From Macrostomum lignano (Eukaryota): a DNA stretch of 64,000 bases. Below the pieces are notes generated by a model. That model was not told the DNA's origin. It did no database searches and was given only the letters and a program-made list of their open reading frames with translations. Positions within the stretch are counted from its first letter, which is position 1. Every line of letters begins with the position of its first letter. Of this stretch, positions 12,050 through 25,433 are shown in pieces. Location: contig NIVC01000606.1 of the NCBI GenBank assembly GCA_002269645.1, positions 62,001 to 126,000 of the forward strand. Reading direction: 5' to 3'. Both the position numbers and the translations under genes were made by a program.

Positions 12050-12340
12050 CCCCTTAAGCAATAACATCTGCTATATGCATGATACAGGAGAAGAGAGGAA
12101 AGAGAGGCAGGCGGAGGTTGGGGTGGTTGATATACTTAAAAACTTTAGACTAACTTTAAAAGTGCACAGCACTGTCCAGGATTAAGTTCGAGGTTCGAAA
12201 TTCTACATGATTGTGTCAAAGTAGTCCAACATTGTGTGTTTCTTTTTTGAAGATTGGTTGAAGGTTGAGCGGTTTGGGAGTCCCTAGCAAAGTAATCTGT
12301 ACACAGACAGACATAGTTTTCATTTTTATAGGTATAGATA
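12050..12340. mobile_element. Possible Helitron-like non-autonomous fragment
   Basis: Ends ACACAGACAGACATAGTTTTCATTTTTATAGGTATAGAT, resembling Lep1-type Helitron ends; weak. Confidence 0.25.
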
Positions 12341-12523
12341 GTTACTTTACTTTCAATGATCTTTTATATTTCTTTTTTTAATATAGACAGCATGCAAAGA
12401 CCTTTGCAGTCATATAATAATGGGTTATGTCTTAGGCAGTGTGTCCTATGATAAAGACCTTAACATGTAAGACAATTTATAAACAGACTTTAATAAATCA
12501 GAGTTTTGCTTTTCTCTTCAGCA

Positions 12524-12643
12524 ATGAGCAGCTTGCGACCAACTGTACTAGCCAAGCCAATTGCTTTGACCAAGGCTAGTCGGTACATTCCACTGTGGCG
12601 TCGTCACATGGAATATCCAGTGTATCAGCCAGGCGACCCTCAG
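12524..12643 (+). CDS. MRPL23: Mitochondrial ribosomal protein uL23m, coding exon 1
   Basis: MSSLRPTVLAKPIALTKASRYIPLWRRHMEYPVYQPGDPQ|GTAACT; YPVYQPGDPQ matches the MRPL23 YPxYxxGxPQ motif; phase-0 intron 12644-18799; not in the ORF track. Confidence 0.9.
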
Positions 12644-12719
12644 GTAACTAAGCAGTGAATTGAATATTTTGTGGCAATGTAGTGCCTAAAATAGGCTTTA
12701 TACTCTATGAAGTACATTC

Positions 12720-13557
12720 GTAAGATATGGACATCAATTGTTTATTAGCGAATCGCTGTCAGACCCACATTACTTTTTTCCGCTCAAGTTGGTGTGGGCC
12801 AACACTAAACAGAAACAGAATTCAATGTAGTTAAGCGTATGATATGTGATCGACTGCGAACTTCAATGTCAACAATGTGACTCCATTTAGCACAACAAAC
12901 TCTAAGTTCACCTGATAGTTAAAAATCAGTTTCAAGCCAATTATTGCGAATTTTATCAATTAAGGGTGCACCGTGCCATACAGCAAAAATAGTGGTTGCA
13001 TAGAATCTGTCGGATCAGCAGTCTTCCATGGCGTTGCAGAATCAGGATCGAACAGTTTAAAGCAATTACGATTTGAAAAAATGATTATCACAGACTAAAC
13101 TGTCAACTATTCCACCACATTGATGAATAACAGAAATTTGTTTGTACAAGTGTGGCTGTAGACTGTAGATGGAAACAGCAGCATAGCGTGTGGTACCCAA
13201 TAGCTCGTAAAGGTTTTAACATTTTTGCCAGAACTGTGTGCGCCAACTTTGCTGGCTCGTCCTCTGAATAGCCAATGATGTGACATCCACGAAGTCGAAG
13301 TGAGGGCAGCACATGCGCTTCATCAAATATAATAGAGCAACAATTTCGAGATTGTGTGGCAGCAGGTAACTGCTTTAACTAGGTAGCTTCTGAAAGTCAG
13401 CATCAGTCTCAACTGTGCCCAGTCCACCAAAATAGCTCTTCAGGGTATCTGGATGTGGCATTGTCAGGATGCCTCTTGTTGCATGATAGCCAGCACGTCC
13501 ATGTCCAATGAAAATCATGCGAGCAGACAACAGAATGTCCTTAAATGCGTAACGCAT
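12720..13557 (-). mobile_element. P-element/THAP9-family transposase relic (frameshifted)
   Basis: Across frameshifts: GYHATRGILTMPHPDTL, CSIIFDEAHV..IIGY, LAHTVLAKML, GGIVDSLVCDNH, PLFLLYGTVH..IRNNWL, AKWSHI, LERKKV; these follow the P-transposase motif order. Confidence 0.8.
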
Positions 13558-13699
13558 TATTAATGACTCGTACTAAGTTGTAGCTGTCTAAGGAGTCAGT
13601 ATCATTGAAAATTGACTGTGAGTCCTTGACATAGCTGAGATTTTATCTTTGATGAACACTGATGCAGTTTCTCCTGGTCTGTCGCTTTCGATTGCTGTA

Positions 13700-14110
13700 G
13701 CCTGCTGCTCTGAGACTTCTTTCATTCTCTAGCCTTTTTTGAGCACATCTGCCAGGGAGATGTTGTTGGTCTGCAAGAAGTCTCCTAAGTCTCTCGGACT
13801 CGCAATAGGCGATGATTTTGTCTCGAATCAGCGAGTCTCTGAGAGTCCCGAGCTCGCAGGGCTCCGCCGCCTTGCGCAGACGCTGGTGGAAACCACTGGC
13901 CGATCGGCTCGCCCGGCTGCTGCCTGCAGGTCTCGAGCTTGCATCGCAGAAACTTGTTCTTGCCGTCCCAAAACGCCTGAATGTTTTTCCAGAGGCTGCT
14001 ATGGTCTTCACCAGAGACTATTTCGTTCTCTTCGACAACAGCTCCTCCCTGCGGCGTACAGCAGCAACTGCTGCCCTCGATTCTTGTCGATAATTCCAGC
14101 TGCATTGATG
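13700..14110 (-). mobile_element. Ty3/Gypsy gag relic
   Basis: QQLLLYAAG, RQQPGEPIGQWF and LRKAAEPCELGTLRDSLIRDKII..ERLRRLL match Gypsy gag motifs; frameshifted. Confidence 0.7.
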
Positions 14111-14989
14111 TATGTGGCAAACCGACGACTATGCAGCCCAGCCAAAAATGCAAGAAATGTACGCAACTAGGCATTGTGGGTAGTAGATTATGCATTGCAT
14201 GGCCAATAAATGTTTTCCAATTTTGTATTCTGTCCTTTGCATTGAAAGCATCTTATTTTATCAGCAAGCATTACCACATAGAATAAGGGTAACATTATTA
14301 GATTTTCTTTTGGAAATATGTAATTCATTCATAACAAAAAAAATCTTACCTTAACTTGTGCTGAAAGGGCACCTAGTGACCTAGCCAACGGTTAAACTCA
14401 TCCTTGTCTAATGAAAATCTTTGCACTGTAGCTTTAATACCAATGTCATAGTTTGAATTGCAAAGAGGTCTACAACACTTCTATGACATACCAAACAATT
14501 TTTAATGACATAATCTGCATATTAATAGAAACACTGGTTTAAAAAAGTAAAATGTCTCTGAAACAATATAGCCATTATAGGATGTGAGTTCCTTTAAAAG
14601 TTGAGTGTCTATAAAATATATAGCAAACAAAAATATAAATGCAAGATAAGCTCGTATTTGTAAGGTTCGATAACGGGCCCTAGCACTTTTGGCGATGTTT
14701 GCAAAAACACATGAAACGCAAATATTACTTGGATTTTAAACCAAGCATAGCAACCGAATGTTACTATTGAGCTCAGGAAAGACCATTGTCCTTCGCAGAG
14801 GTTATGCCTCACCCCACAGCTCTCAGGGACCGTCGTCGTCGCACCTCCTATGGTGTCGCGCCATGTTGGTCGCCGCTAGTGCCCGCTTACATCCCGGGCA
14901 CTCTCTCGATTTCCTTTTGTAAACCCTTGCTGTTTTGCTTATGTTAGGTCCCGTTGTTTCGACACTCTTGCAGCTCCGCCTGTGTCTGG

Positions 14990-15700
14990 CAAGGTTTAAA
15001 TAAGCATGACCAGTTATGTCTGCCATGACTAACTGAAAAGCATCCTCCACGCTAGCCAGCGACATCAGGGGCGAGCCATCAGACACCTGACAGTCGCTTT
15101 TACGAGTACTTCAGTATCATTTTCATTCGCCGACTTCAGTCCTCCGGAAGCGACGCGACGCAGAATGCATTGGCAAGTGGTAAAAGCAGCCACGTGGGTT
15201 TAGAGGTGGAAATCGCGGCCACCTCCCAATTATGGCGTTTATGCTTGCGACTTCAAAGTCGGTGAGAAAGCCGGCGCAGTCTTTTCCTGTCACCTCGCGA
15301 ACTTCTGCATGCAGCAGGCCCCAGCATGCCTCATAGGTCCTCTGATCCTTTGCAGGGAGCAAAAAGAAGACAAACGGTTCCCACGCATTGAGAACCTTTC
15401 CGTGGACGATGAAGAGTTAGTTGAAAATTTGGGGGCAGCTACTAAAAGTGCCATCTATCTGCAGCTTTTCGCCAAGTCGCAGGAGGAGAGCGTCGTTCGT
15501 GAATCCCACAATTCGTATCCAGGACTGTCGCATTGTTCAACACCTTCAGATCGACATTGTAGTCTTGAACTGGCTGAGGCAGTTGTGGAAGAACCGCTAG
15601 TCGAGATCTATAGGCAGATGATTTGAAGCCAGAAAAAGTAGGCAGCATTGCACGATCAGCTCCTTCAGCAGCAGCTAATTTGTCTCAATAAACCCCCGTA
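14990..15700 (-). mobile_element. Mutator/MULE transposase relic
   Basis: LPTFSGFKSSAYRSR..LP, IDGTFSSCPQIFN*LFIVHG..PFVFFLLPAKDQRTYE, TDFEVASINAI..GCFYHL, LMSLASVEDAF; contains a stop and frameshifts. Confidence 0.85.
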
Positions 15701-16071
15701 ACAGGAAGGCCACGTCTCGCGCTTGCTGCTTCATTTATTTGCATTCCAAACAAATTTTCATAAGCGTGCATTTGAATTTGCACCCAGTGCTGCAGCGTCG
15801 CCTATTCTCTTTTGCTGGCGCCTCGCGCAGCTTATTATGGACAATTATCTCGTCACAATAATTCATGTTGGCAGATGTTGGCGCTGGGTGATCATGCGCT
15901 CCAGAAGTTGACGTCCCGAACCCGACGCTAACAACGACGCGGGAATGATAATGCGTATTTCAGTATTTGTAGTAAGATGTGGCGTTTGTCTTTTTGTCAG
16001 TATGAAAAAAGTTACCTTCGTGAAGAAGCAGTTCGCCTACTCTCTCACTCTTCACAAATGTAGCAATTTAG

Positions 16072-16868
16072 CAGTGTTGGGCAACGTTAATGAAAATCTT
16101 AACTTCCGTTAATGGCAAAGGCGTTAGCGTTAAAACAAAAAAATCTTAACTTTTTAACTCTTAATTTCGTTAAGTTAACTGAAATTTAACTGATAATCGT
16201 TAATAAGCGTTAATCCGTTAAATTTAACACAGAAAATACAGAAATCTTGCACTTTTTTCCAAAGCAGACTTCATAATGCACTGTCTGCTTTTCCATCTTT
16301 TTAGTGAAACACAGGTCATCTAAGCGATTTACAAGCTAAAAATAACAAATAATAATGATAGTAAAAACTTGTAAGTATAATACTACTAAAAGTAAGCAAA
16401 CGGTAAACTAAGTTACTTATTTATTTGAAACTTGAAAGCTAATTAGTTAGTAATAAAATACGAATAGGAAGGTTGTTTCAGTAGCATTAGCAGGCGCAGC
16501 AGAAAGTTACGAAAGATTGGCAAAGAAGTGAATCAAAGCGATCGATGCTCACGCGCAAGCAATAAAGTTCACAATTTTAATTCGTTATTAAAGTTCATTA
16601 GTAAGAAGTTGTTACATCTGCATGATCATCGTCATAAACAAAGAGATTAATTAGGCATTTAGGTAAATTCGAATACATTCGTAATGTTGTATTGTAACTT
16701 CTCGTCAGACTTGTATTTTTTTTCTTTCTTTGCGTCGTTGGTCTTGATACTGTCATTAACGTTAACGATGAATTTGTCGTTTAACTCACAAAATTATAAA
16801 CGCATATTCGTTAATCCGTTAGTTTAAAAAAATCTTAACGCTTATTAACGGACCGGTGCCCAACACTG
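16072..16868. mobile_element. hAT-type MITE
   Basis: 12-bp perfect TIR CAGTGTTGGGCA/TGCCCAACACTG; 8-bp TSD CAATTTAG/CAATTTCG (7/8); many subterminal CGTTAA motifs. Confidence 0.85.
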
Positions 16869-17796
16869 CAATTTCGTGTACATGCGGCCCAGCCTGAACC
16901 ATAATGCTTAGCATATGTACTGTTATTCTTATCTGGTTCACTTTCTGGTTTCGCCGAGAGGTAGATGGTTATCGAGTCAAATAATGGTCCCTCTCATAAA
17001 ATGTGTCGCATAGCCGTCACTTCACTCTGGCTGAGACAGCTTCTACCCCACCTCGCGCCTTATTTAAGGCCTTCTCTTCTCGAAAAGTATGAACGTTGCT
17101 TATATTAATCGCCTCCCTCCCCCTCCCCTCTCCTTGCGCTCTCCCCGCCGGGACTCCCACGGCCTTCAGAGCAGCCAGTAAGATAAACCAGTTTTGGCCG
17201 CACGGCGGGGGTAGACTGACAAGCCATGTACTCTATCATCCTTGGTCCCATCTTCCTCTCTACCCTGGGAGGGGTTGGAATTGGCGGAGAGCCAATGCGG
17301 ATTGCCTTCCTTTCCAGCAGCCTTGGTAGCGATATAGTAATATTAGATGACTTGCAAAATGCTTCAAAGTAGGGAATAGCCTATCTAATAGGTAGGCTAT
17401 CAATTTTTGTAGGTCTATGCCCTATGGTATCAAGAGTATATAATATATAAAAACTAGTCAAAGTGTATTAATCAATCAAAGTTAAAAATATAGGCATAAT
17501 AAATCGTATCCTATAAAAACAACCTGGAATATAGCCTAAAGTCTACGTCAAGCTATGGTCTCTTATCATATATTAAAATAGTTTAAACTGTCTAATATAT
17601 TTCCTCTAGCCCACAGTGAATACAATAGTCAATAGATAAAAAAGGTGTAGGTCTACTGACGAATGTTGACAACATTTTCAATAAATTATACATTACACCT
17701 ACATACTTACAACGCCTGAATTAATGGATTTATAATGGGGAAATTTTTTATAAGCGACACTCAAGTAGTCCGTAAAAAAGAATTTGCTCTCTAACC

Positions 17797-18645
17797 CACA
17801 TAAAGAATCGCCCTCTGACCCGCATAAAGAATCGCCCTCTGACCCACATAAAGAATCGCCCTCTGACCCACATAAAGAATCGCCCTCTGACCCGCATAAA
17901 GAATCGCCCTCTGACCCGCATAAAGAATCGCCCTCTGACCCACATAAAGAATCGCCCTCTGACCCGCATAAAGAATCGCCCTCTGACCCGCATAAAGAAT
18001 CGCCCTCTGACCCGCATAAAGAATCGCCCTCTGACCCACATAAAGAATCGCCCTCTGACCCGCATAAAGAATCGCTCTCTGACCCACATAAAGAATCGCC
18101 CTCTGACCCGCATAAAGAATCGCCCTCTGACCCACATAAAGAATCGCCCTCTGACCCACATAAAGAATCGCCCTCTGACCCACATAAAGAATCGCCCTCT
18201 GACCCGCATAAAGAATCGCCCTCTGACCCACATAAAGAATCGCCCTCTGACCCGCATAAAGAATCGCCCTCTGACCCGCATAAAGAATCGCTCTCTGACC
18301 CGCATAAAGAATCGCCCTCTGACCCGCATAAAGAATCGCCCTCTGACCCGCATAAAGAATCGCTCTCTGACCCACATAAAGAATCGCCCTCTGACCCGCA
18401 TAAAGAATCGCCCTCTGACCCGCATAAAGAATCGCCCTCTGACCCGCATAAAGAATCGCCCTCTGACCCACATAAAGAATCGCCCTCTGACCCGCATAAA
18501 GAATCGCCCTCTGACCCGCATAAAGAATCGCCCTCTGACCCGCATAAAGAATCGCCCTCTGACCGACATAAAGAATCGCCCTCTGACCCGCATAAAGAAT
18601 CGCCCTCTGACCCGCATAAAGAATCGCCCTCTGACCCATATAAAG
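17797..18645. repeat. 24-bp minisatellite (CATAAAGAATCGCCCTCTGACCCR), ~35 copies, in MRPL23 intron
   Basis: Highly homogeneous visible units. Confidence 0.97.
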
Positions 18646-18799
18646 AAACTCTCTCTCTCTATTCTCATTAACCGCATTTACTTCTTAAAAGTTTGAAACT
18701 AAACTGTGCTAATGTTAAATGTGCTAATCACTACTTTTAGTATGTGTAGCGATTTTTTCGTAAAATCTTATTCAGTAACAAATTCGACGCCATCAACAG

Positions 18800-19297
18800 G
18801 TGCGCCTGTACATGCCCAACTACTGGATGAAGCTAGTCCGACCCAGATTCCCTTTGCCGCCAGGCGTACTCAAATTCGAAGTTCAACCGCAAATGTCAGC
18901 TGATGAGGTGCGCCAGATGCTTGAGAAGCTGTACGGAGTTCGGCTGCTGCACGCGCAGGTTCACCCGGTCGAGGGCGCCCCGGAGTCGGATCACGCGCAT
19001 CCCAGCCGCATGGTGTTCAGTCCGTACACCATGAAGCCGCAGCCGTTAGATCTCTATAGAAAGGTTGCCTACGTATTTTTAGCCGAAGAGTACCGCGACT
19101 TTCAGTTCCCCGATCTGTTTGAGAAACGCCGGCCGTCTGGCAGTGATGAGTTCAGGAAGCTGATGGCCAGCCGGGACTCGGAGGATGACGTCAGCGATGG
19201 GACTGACGAGCACAGGGAGAAGCGGAGTATGGCGCTGATTGCCGAGCTGGAGCGGGCAACTCGGCGGGCTAGTGAGGCTGGCGACAAGGATGACTGA
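18800..19297 (+). CDS. MRPL23: Mitochondrial ribosomal protein uL23m, coding exon 2
   Basis: CAACAG| then VRLYMPNYWMKLVRP..LKFEVQPQMSADEVRQMLEKLYGV..YRKVAYVFL..FQFPDLF, the L23 family pattern. Confidence 0.92.
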   Translation: MRLYMPNYWMKLVRPRFPLPPGVLKFEVQPQMSADEVRQMLEKLYGVRLLHAQVHPVEGAPESDHAHPSRMVFSPYTMKPQPLDLYRKVAYVFLAEEYRDFQFPDLFEKRRPSGSDEFRKLMASRDSEDDVSDGTDEHREKRSMALIAELERATRRASEAGDKDD

Positions 19298-19420
19298 GGA
19301 GTCTGTGCTGTTGCTATTAGTGCATTATTGTTATTGAAATTATTGTGAATTGCTTTCTCATCATTGCAGCGTCTTTGCTATGAGACTACTGCTGGGAAGT
19401 TGCTGTCAGACTGTATATAG

Positions 19421-21268
19421 TAGCTGACAGATTGCAGTTTTATGGCTGACAGATTGCAGTTTTATGGCTGACAGATTGCAGTTTCATGGCTGACAGATTG
19501 CAGTTTTATGGCTGACAGATTGCAGTTTTATGGCTGACAGATTGCAGTTTTATGGCTGACAGATTGCAGTTTTATGGCTGACAGATTGCAGTTTTATGGC
19601 TGACAGATTGCAGTTTTATGGCTGACAGGTTACAGTTTAGTAGCTGACAGATTACAGTTTTGTTGCTGACAGATTACAGTTTAGTAGCTGACAGATTACA
19701 GTTTAGTAGCTGACAGATTAGTTTTGTTGCTGACAGATTACAGTTTTGTTTTGTTACTGACAGATAACAGTTTAATAGCTGACAGGTTACAGTTTAGTAG
19801 CTGACAGATTACAGTTTAGTAGCTGACAGATTACAGTTTAGTAGCTGACAGATTACAGTTTAGTAGCTGACAGATTAGTTTTGTTGCTGACAGATTACAG
19901 TTTAGTAGCTGACAGATTACAGTTTAGTAGCTGACAGATTACAGTTTAGTAGCTGACAGATTACAGTTAAGTAGCTGACAGATTACAGTTTAGTAGCTGA
20001 CAGATTACAGTTTAGTAGCTGACAGATTACAGTTTGCAGCTGGCAGATTACAGTTTAGTAGCTGACAGATTGCAGCTTAGTAGCTGACAGATTACAGCTT
20101 AGTAGCTGGCAGATTACAGTTCAGTAGCTGGCAGATTACAGTTTAGTAGCTGACAGATTACAGTTTAGTAGCTGACAGATTACAGTTTAGTAGCTGACAG
20201 ATTACAGTTTAGTAGCTGACAGATTACAGTTTAGTAGCTGACAGATTACAGTTTAGTAACTGACAGATTACAGTTTAGTAGCTGACAGATTACAGTTTAG
20301 TAGCTGACAGATTACAGTTTAGTAGCTGACAGATTACAGTTTAGTAGCTGACAGATTACAGTTTTTAGCTGACAGACTACACTTTAGTTACTGACAGATT
20401 ACAGTTTTATGGCTGACAGATTACAGTTTTTAGCTGACAGACTACACTTTAGTTACTGACAGATTACAGTTTAGTTACTGACAGATTACAGTTTAGTTAC
20501 TGACAGATTACAGTTTAGTTACTGACAGATTACAGTTTAGTAGCTGACAGATTATACTTTAGTAGCTGACAGATTACACTTTAGTAGATGACAGATTACA
20601 GTTTAGTTACTGAAAGATTACAGTTTAGTTACTGAAAGATTACAGTTTAGTTACTGAAAGATTACAGTTTAGTAGCTGACAGATTACAGTTTTTAGCTGA
20701 CAGATTACAGTTTTATGGCTGACAGATTACAGTTTTTAGCTGACAGATTACACTTTTTAGCTGACAGACTACACTTTAGGTACTGACAGATTACAGTTTA
20801 GTTACTGACAGATTACAGTTTAGTTACTGACAGATTACAGTTTAGTTACTGACAGATTACAGTTTAGTAGCTGACAGATTACACTTTAGTAGCTGACAGA
20901 TTACAGTTTTTAGCTGACAGATTACAGTTTTTAGCTGACAGACTACACTTTAGTTACTGACAGATTACAGTTTTATGGCTGACAGATTACAGTTTTTAGC
21001 TGACAGATTACAGTTTTTAGCTGACAGACTACACTTTAGTTACTGACAGATTACAGTTAGTTACTGACAGATTACAGTTTAGTTACTGACAGATTACAGT
21101 TTAGTTACTGACAGATTACAGTTTAGTAGCTGACAGATTACACTTTAGTAGCTGACAGATTACACTTTAGTAGATGACAGATTACAGTTTAGTTACTGAA
21201 AGATTACAGTTTAGTTACTGAAAGATTACAGTTTAGTTACTGAAAGATTACAGTTTAGTAGCTGACAG
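19421..21268. repeat. 22-bp minisatellite (GCTGACAGATTACAGTTTAGTA), ~1.85 kb
   Basis: Visible units; the first ~10 are the variant GCTGACAGATTGCAGTTTTATG. Confidence 0.97.
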
Positions 21269-24200
21269 ATGGCAGTTTGCGGTCAGTCTGTCATATTAAT
21301 ACTTGATAGGCTAACTGGGTGGTTCGTGCATGTGGATGTATACTTTCATAATTATGACATATCACTGCTGCATCCCAGAACCCAATCCAATTACACCTCT
21401 GTTACTGTATTGCTAAAGCTGCAATTTGTGTCGGTTCCAATTCCTACTGATGTGTTAGTTTTCAGTTGACTTTACTGCTCAACTTTCGTTGATATGTCAA
21501 GGCGTTTAACTACTTGCAGTAGAATAGTATCGCATTTTTATACACGCATATTTAGATCAGTTGCTGTCTGCTTGCAAAATAAAATAAAGAAATCTTAAGA
21601 ATCCGGACTTGATTCTGAATAAAAATAACACTACGGCTATTTTTAGCTTACTAATTACAACTGTGTGTATTTTTCACATTAGAAATTCACAATATTAATT
21701 ATGTACATCCATCAGTGTCGCTTGCAGAGCCTTGCAGCTGATTTCACTGACAACGAATACGCAATTAACACTGACTGTAGCCGTTAATCATGAAATCAGT
21801 GCAGAGTTCTGCTACTCAGGTAAATTTTCGAGCTCATTGCCAAACTTACCTGCTTAAGCTGTTGCTTCAGTGTGCCGTTTGTCGCGGTTTTCGAGACGCA
21901 GACAGGGTGACTGGGTTGGAATAGGTGGACTGGGAATGGTTTGCCTTCGCTCGCTGATTGTCAGAGCCGGTTCCGACCAAGCATTTTAATCCCCGTTCTC
22001 AAGCGGCTGGCCGTCACCTGTTTCTACAGTGGGACCCACCCCCGCCCTCTGCCGCGATCCCTGCCCCCCTTGCAGCCCCTTTAGCACCAATTTCTGACTT
22101 ATTGGCCAGTGCTATTGCAAGTAAGTGAAGTTTGTAGTTAGAGTCGGGAGGGGGGCTAACTTCTGTCCCAATTGCTACTACCCCAGAAATTTCCCCATAT
22201 GCATGCAAGGCTGTGTACACGGCTTTCTCTGACTCTAATCTTCGCAGCGTTTTTATATATTTACCCTCCCGCCAATCGGTTTTTTAAGTTTGCGCAGCTT
22301 TTCTGCGCGCTGTGTTGTGAGCACTGATCAAATACAAGAGCTTCGCACTGACTGTTGAGGATTATTAACTATGCCAGTGCTCCCCTTCTAGGAACCCTTG
22401 TCGAGGGCTGGAATTCGGAAATGCGTTTCGCTATGCTTTAGTTAGGGGGCGGGGGGAATTCTTCCCCACTTCCTGGCCTCCAGCTCTCTCAACCGCCACT
22501 CTATTCAACTATCCTAGGAATTTTCTGAGTCACAAGTTTGACTCTAAAACGCTCACTAAAAGTTACATCTGGCACTTGTTTGCGCGTGTCTGCCTTGGCT
22601 TTCTATTTCAGTTTTTTAGAATAAAACTTTCTCCACCGCTTTGCCAATACATGGGTTGAGCATGGATTTTTAGAGAGAGCGGCCGGACTGCTCAAGTTTT
22701 GGAGTTGAGATCGAAGTGGATCTAGTAAGAGAAGCGGAGAAACTTAAGCTATAAAGAATTTGAACCGATCGCTATACTTGTACGAGCGCAGAGGGGAGGG
22801 CTGCATTTCATTCGAGAAATGCTTGTATCAAAGTCGGTTTTTAATCATTTTTCATTTTTTGCCGTGTAATGTAGTTTTCTGAATAGACAGGCAGAATTAA
22901 GATTATATGATCAAAAAAGATAGCGTCACAACCTCAAGAAATCAATGCTAAAATGACTTGTTAATTGGCATTTGTATTTTTAATGTTGCTGAGTAAGTAA
23001 TGATTCTGAGCACTTAACCATGTGCCTTGGCCATTTAGCCATGTGCCATGATTCCTTGAGTTTCGTATTACTGTAAGTATAGTAGCGCTATATATATTAA
23101 ACGAGACCGAACAACACGGATTTTTGTGCACAAGGGATAAAGAATACATTAAGAATGTCCAAAGAACGAATTACATGTACGTACGTACGTACAGTACGTA
23201 CATTCAAGTCGACGACTTGCGCTTCACTAGTCCCCTTAGTGATCGTAAAATTCAATGGAATTCTTTAAAAAAACAGCTGCCAATTCTGGCTACATATAAT
23301 AATATTTGAACTTGCAAATTTACATGGTTTTCTAAGATTTTATCTGATCTACATGCATGTACAATGTACTCGTACATATATATTCTAGAGGTTTTTCATC
23401 AAACATGTTATCTTTTTTATGCAGGCTATACACGTAAAATTTCTTTCCGCTCAAAATAAACTGCTGCAACATACATGTTATAGCATTTAGTCAATATATA
23501 CAATGTACATGACTATTGAATTTGCCCAATTGATTTGTAGCATGCAGTTTTTGTAAGCTTGATTGTCGTACTTTTCTAATTCCCTTTCGTTGCCAATTCC
23601 CATATCAACCATATACATCACTGTACGCTGCAAAGTAAGCTCAGAGCTTTGGGGCTTGTGCATGCACATATTTACAACAAGAATTATACTCGCTCAGGAG
23701 CGCTATAAGCAAAAGCTCCAACAGCTCAAAACTTATATCAATTAAACAGCTAACAGATTATTACAATATATACCAGTGTGCATGTATAAATCATTTGGCT
23801 GCATGCGAACGGTGTTAGAAATGGCTACAGGACGAATAAAAATAAGAAGTGTGGCTCATTCAGAAATCACTGTGTTCAAATATTTAAGTCAACAAAATAG
23901 AATAATATGCACTGTAAACTTTATGTTTTGGTACTCCGGTGCTCAACTCGTTACTCGTTACTATAGTACACGATTAACTTTACTACTACTCTGGGATTTA
24001 TGTTTTAAAGCTAAAAAAGTATATAGAAATTATGATTTTTACTTTCGAAGAACACTACTAGAAATGACTGTATTATTTGTTTTACACTTTGTACTTCATA
24101 GAAAGAATTGTATAAGAGTACAGTTCGCTGAGATTCAATTTGTAACATGTGAACAATTTATTGACTTTCTGACAGCTCTGTCAACACATTGTGGCATTAG

Positions 24201-24490
24201 TCATTAGTCACAGTCATTAGTCATAAATTTTATATATTTAGCCTGTCTTTTTTTACTGATTTGCGGAGATAAAGGCAAGTCACAGAAATTTTTTCAGGTC
24301 TTGCTGATAAAATTTTTTATACCACTAGTGCTAGTGGTAATGCATGTATGACTAGGCCTCTGGCCAGTAGGCCTGTGTGCCCAAACGTGACAATGACAAT
24401 TGGCAAACGAATCTGCTAATGGTGGCTAGTGTTAAATTAGTAACGACTTTTATGTTATTTGCAGTTTATCATTGACTGAACTTTTATAAA

Positions 24491-24647
24491 ATGTCGCTGT
24501 TTATTTTCTCTTTCTATTTTTTATGTTTAGTATGTTTTGGGCTATATATATTTACACGCAAAACAAACACTCCACCAGAAGGCAGTAATGATGCAGAATT
24601 CGTTTCATTTCGAAATTCATATCTTATTGTTTATACTCTTGGAATGG
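24491..24647 (+). CDS. MFSD5: MFSD5 molybdate-anion transporter, exon 1
   Basis: ATG, hydrophobic N-terminus, FVSFRNSYLIVYTLGM G|GTAAGT; phase 1. Confidence 0.85.
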
Positions 24648-25433
24648 GTAAGTATAGTTTCAGCATTTTAATTTTTTTGCTTCATGAGTCTTGATACTGC
24701 AGCATTGACTAGAGTAGTGACTTATAAAATAATTGCTAAACTAGTATACTAATTATATTATTTATATTAGGTCAATTTTATTTTATGATTGTAAGCTACT
24801 CTAGTCAATTTAAGAATATATAAATGTATAATCATGCAAAAGCCTTGCTGGGTAACTAGTTTAAATATTAAAGTTAATTTCTGTTAACCTAGTCCATAGG
24901 ATATCAATTGCAATATCATATGCTTATAAATGCTTTTCTTAAATTGTGTGTATCTTTTTCATACATTTGTAAAGTAGCTTATATGCTTTTGTATGAATTA
25001 TTAGACTTAAGTATATATGTATTATATCAAATTGTTAAATTAAATTATAGATTAAAAAATAGTTTGTATAAATGAGGAATCTTTAAATTATTTTTTAGCA
25101 AATCTTTAAATTCAAGCATAGTTCTTGACTTAGCTAAAGGCTCTAGGCATCTAGATACAAGCAAAGAGGTATCAACAAATATTCTGCTAACCCCTAGCAA
25201 TATTTAGATACATGTATAAATTTTTTTTATTTAACCTATAAGTTATATTAGTTTATAATTCAAGTCTTAATTTTAATTTATATTTATAGCTACATAATCT
25301 TAGGTCAAACTGGTTTATGGCCACAATACCTTTTAGTTAAAAGAACCATTGCTGCTTTGACAAAGCAATTTTATAGAAAGCTTAGCAGACTTATAATTTA
25401 TTAAAAGAATTATTCTTCAACATCCTCACACAG

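Noticed and set aside
17748-18677. Repeat-peptide ORFs (HKESPSDP, VRGRFFM; also IIESLHHSLSF, VCST, ERGREG, SWWAP, RICALVP, GERPRGG elsewhere)
   Set aside because: They coincide exactly with minisatellites, are open in several frames or strands, and are mostly intronic in the gene models.
22018-22290. Faint similarity of LRRLE..AL.A.G to the EMSY ENT domain
   Set aside because: Spacing differs and too few residues match to support a call without an HMM search.
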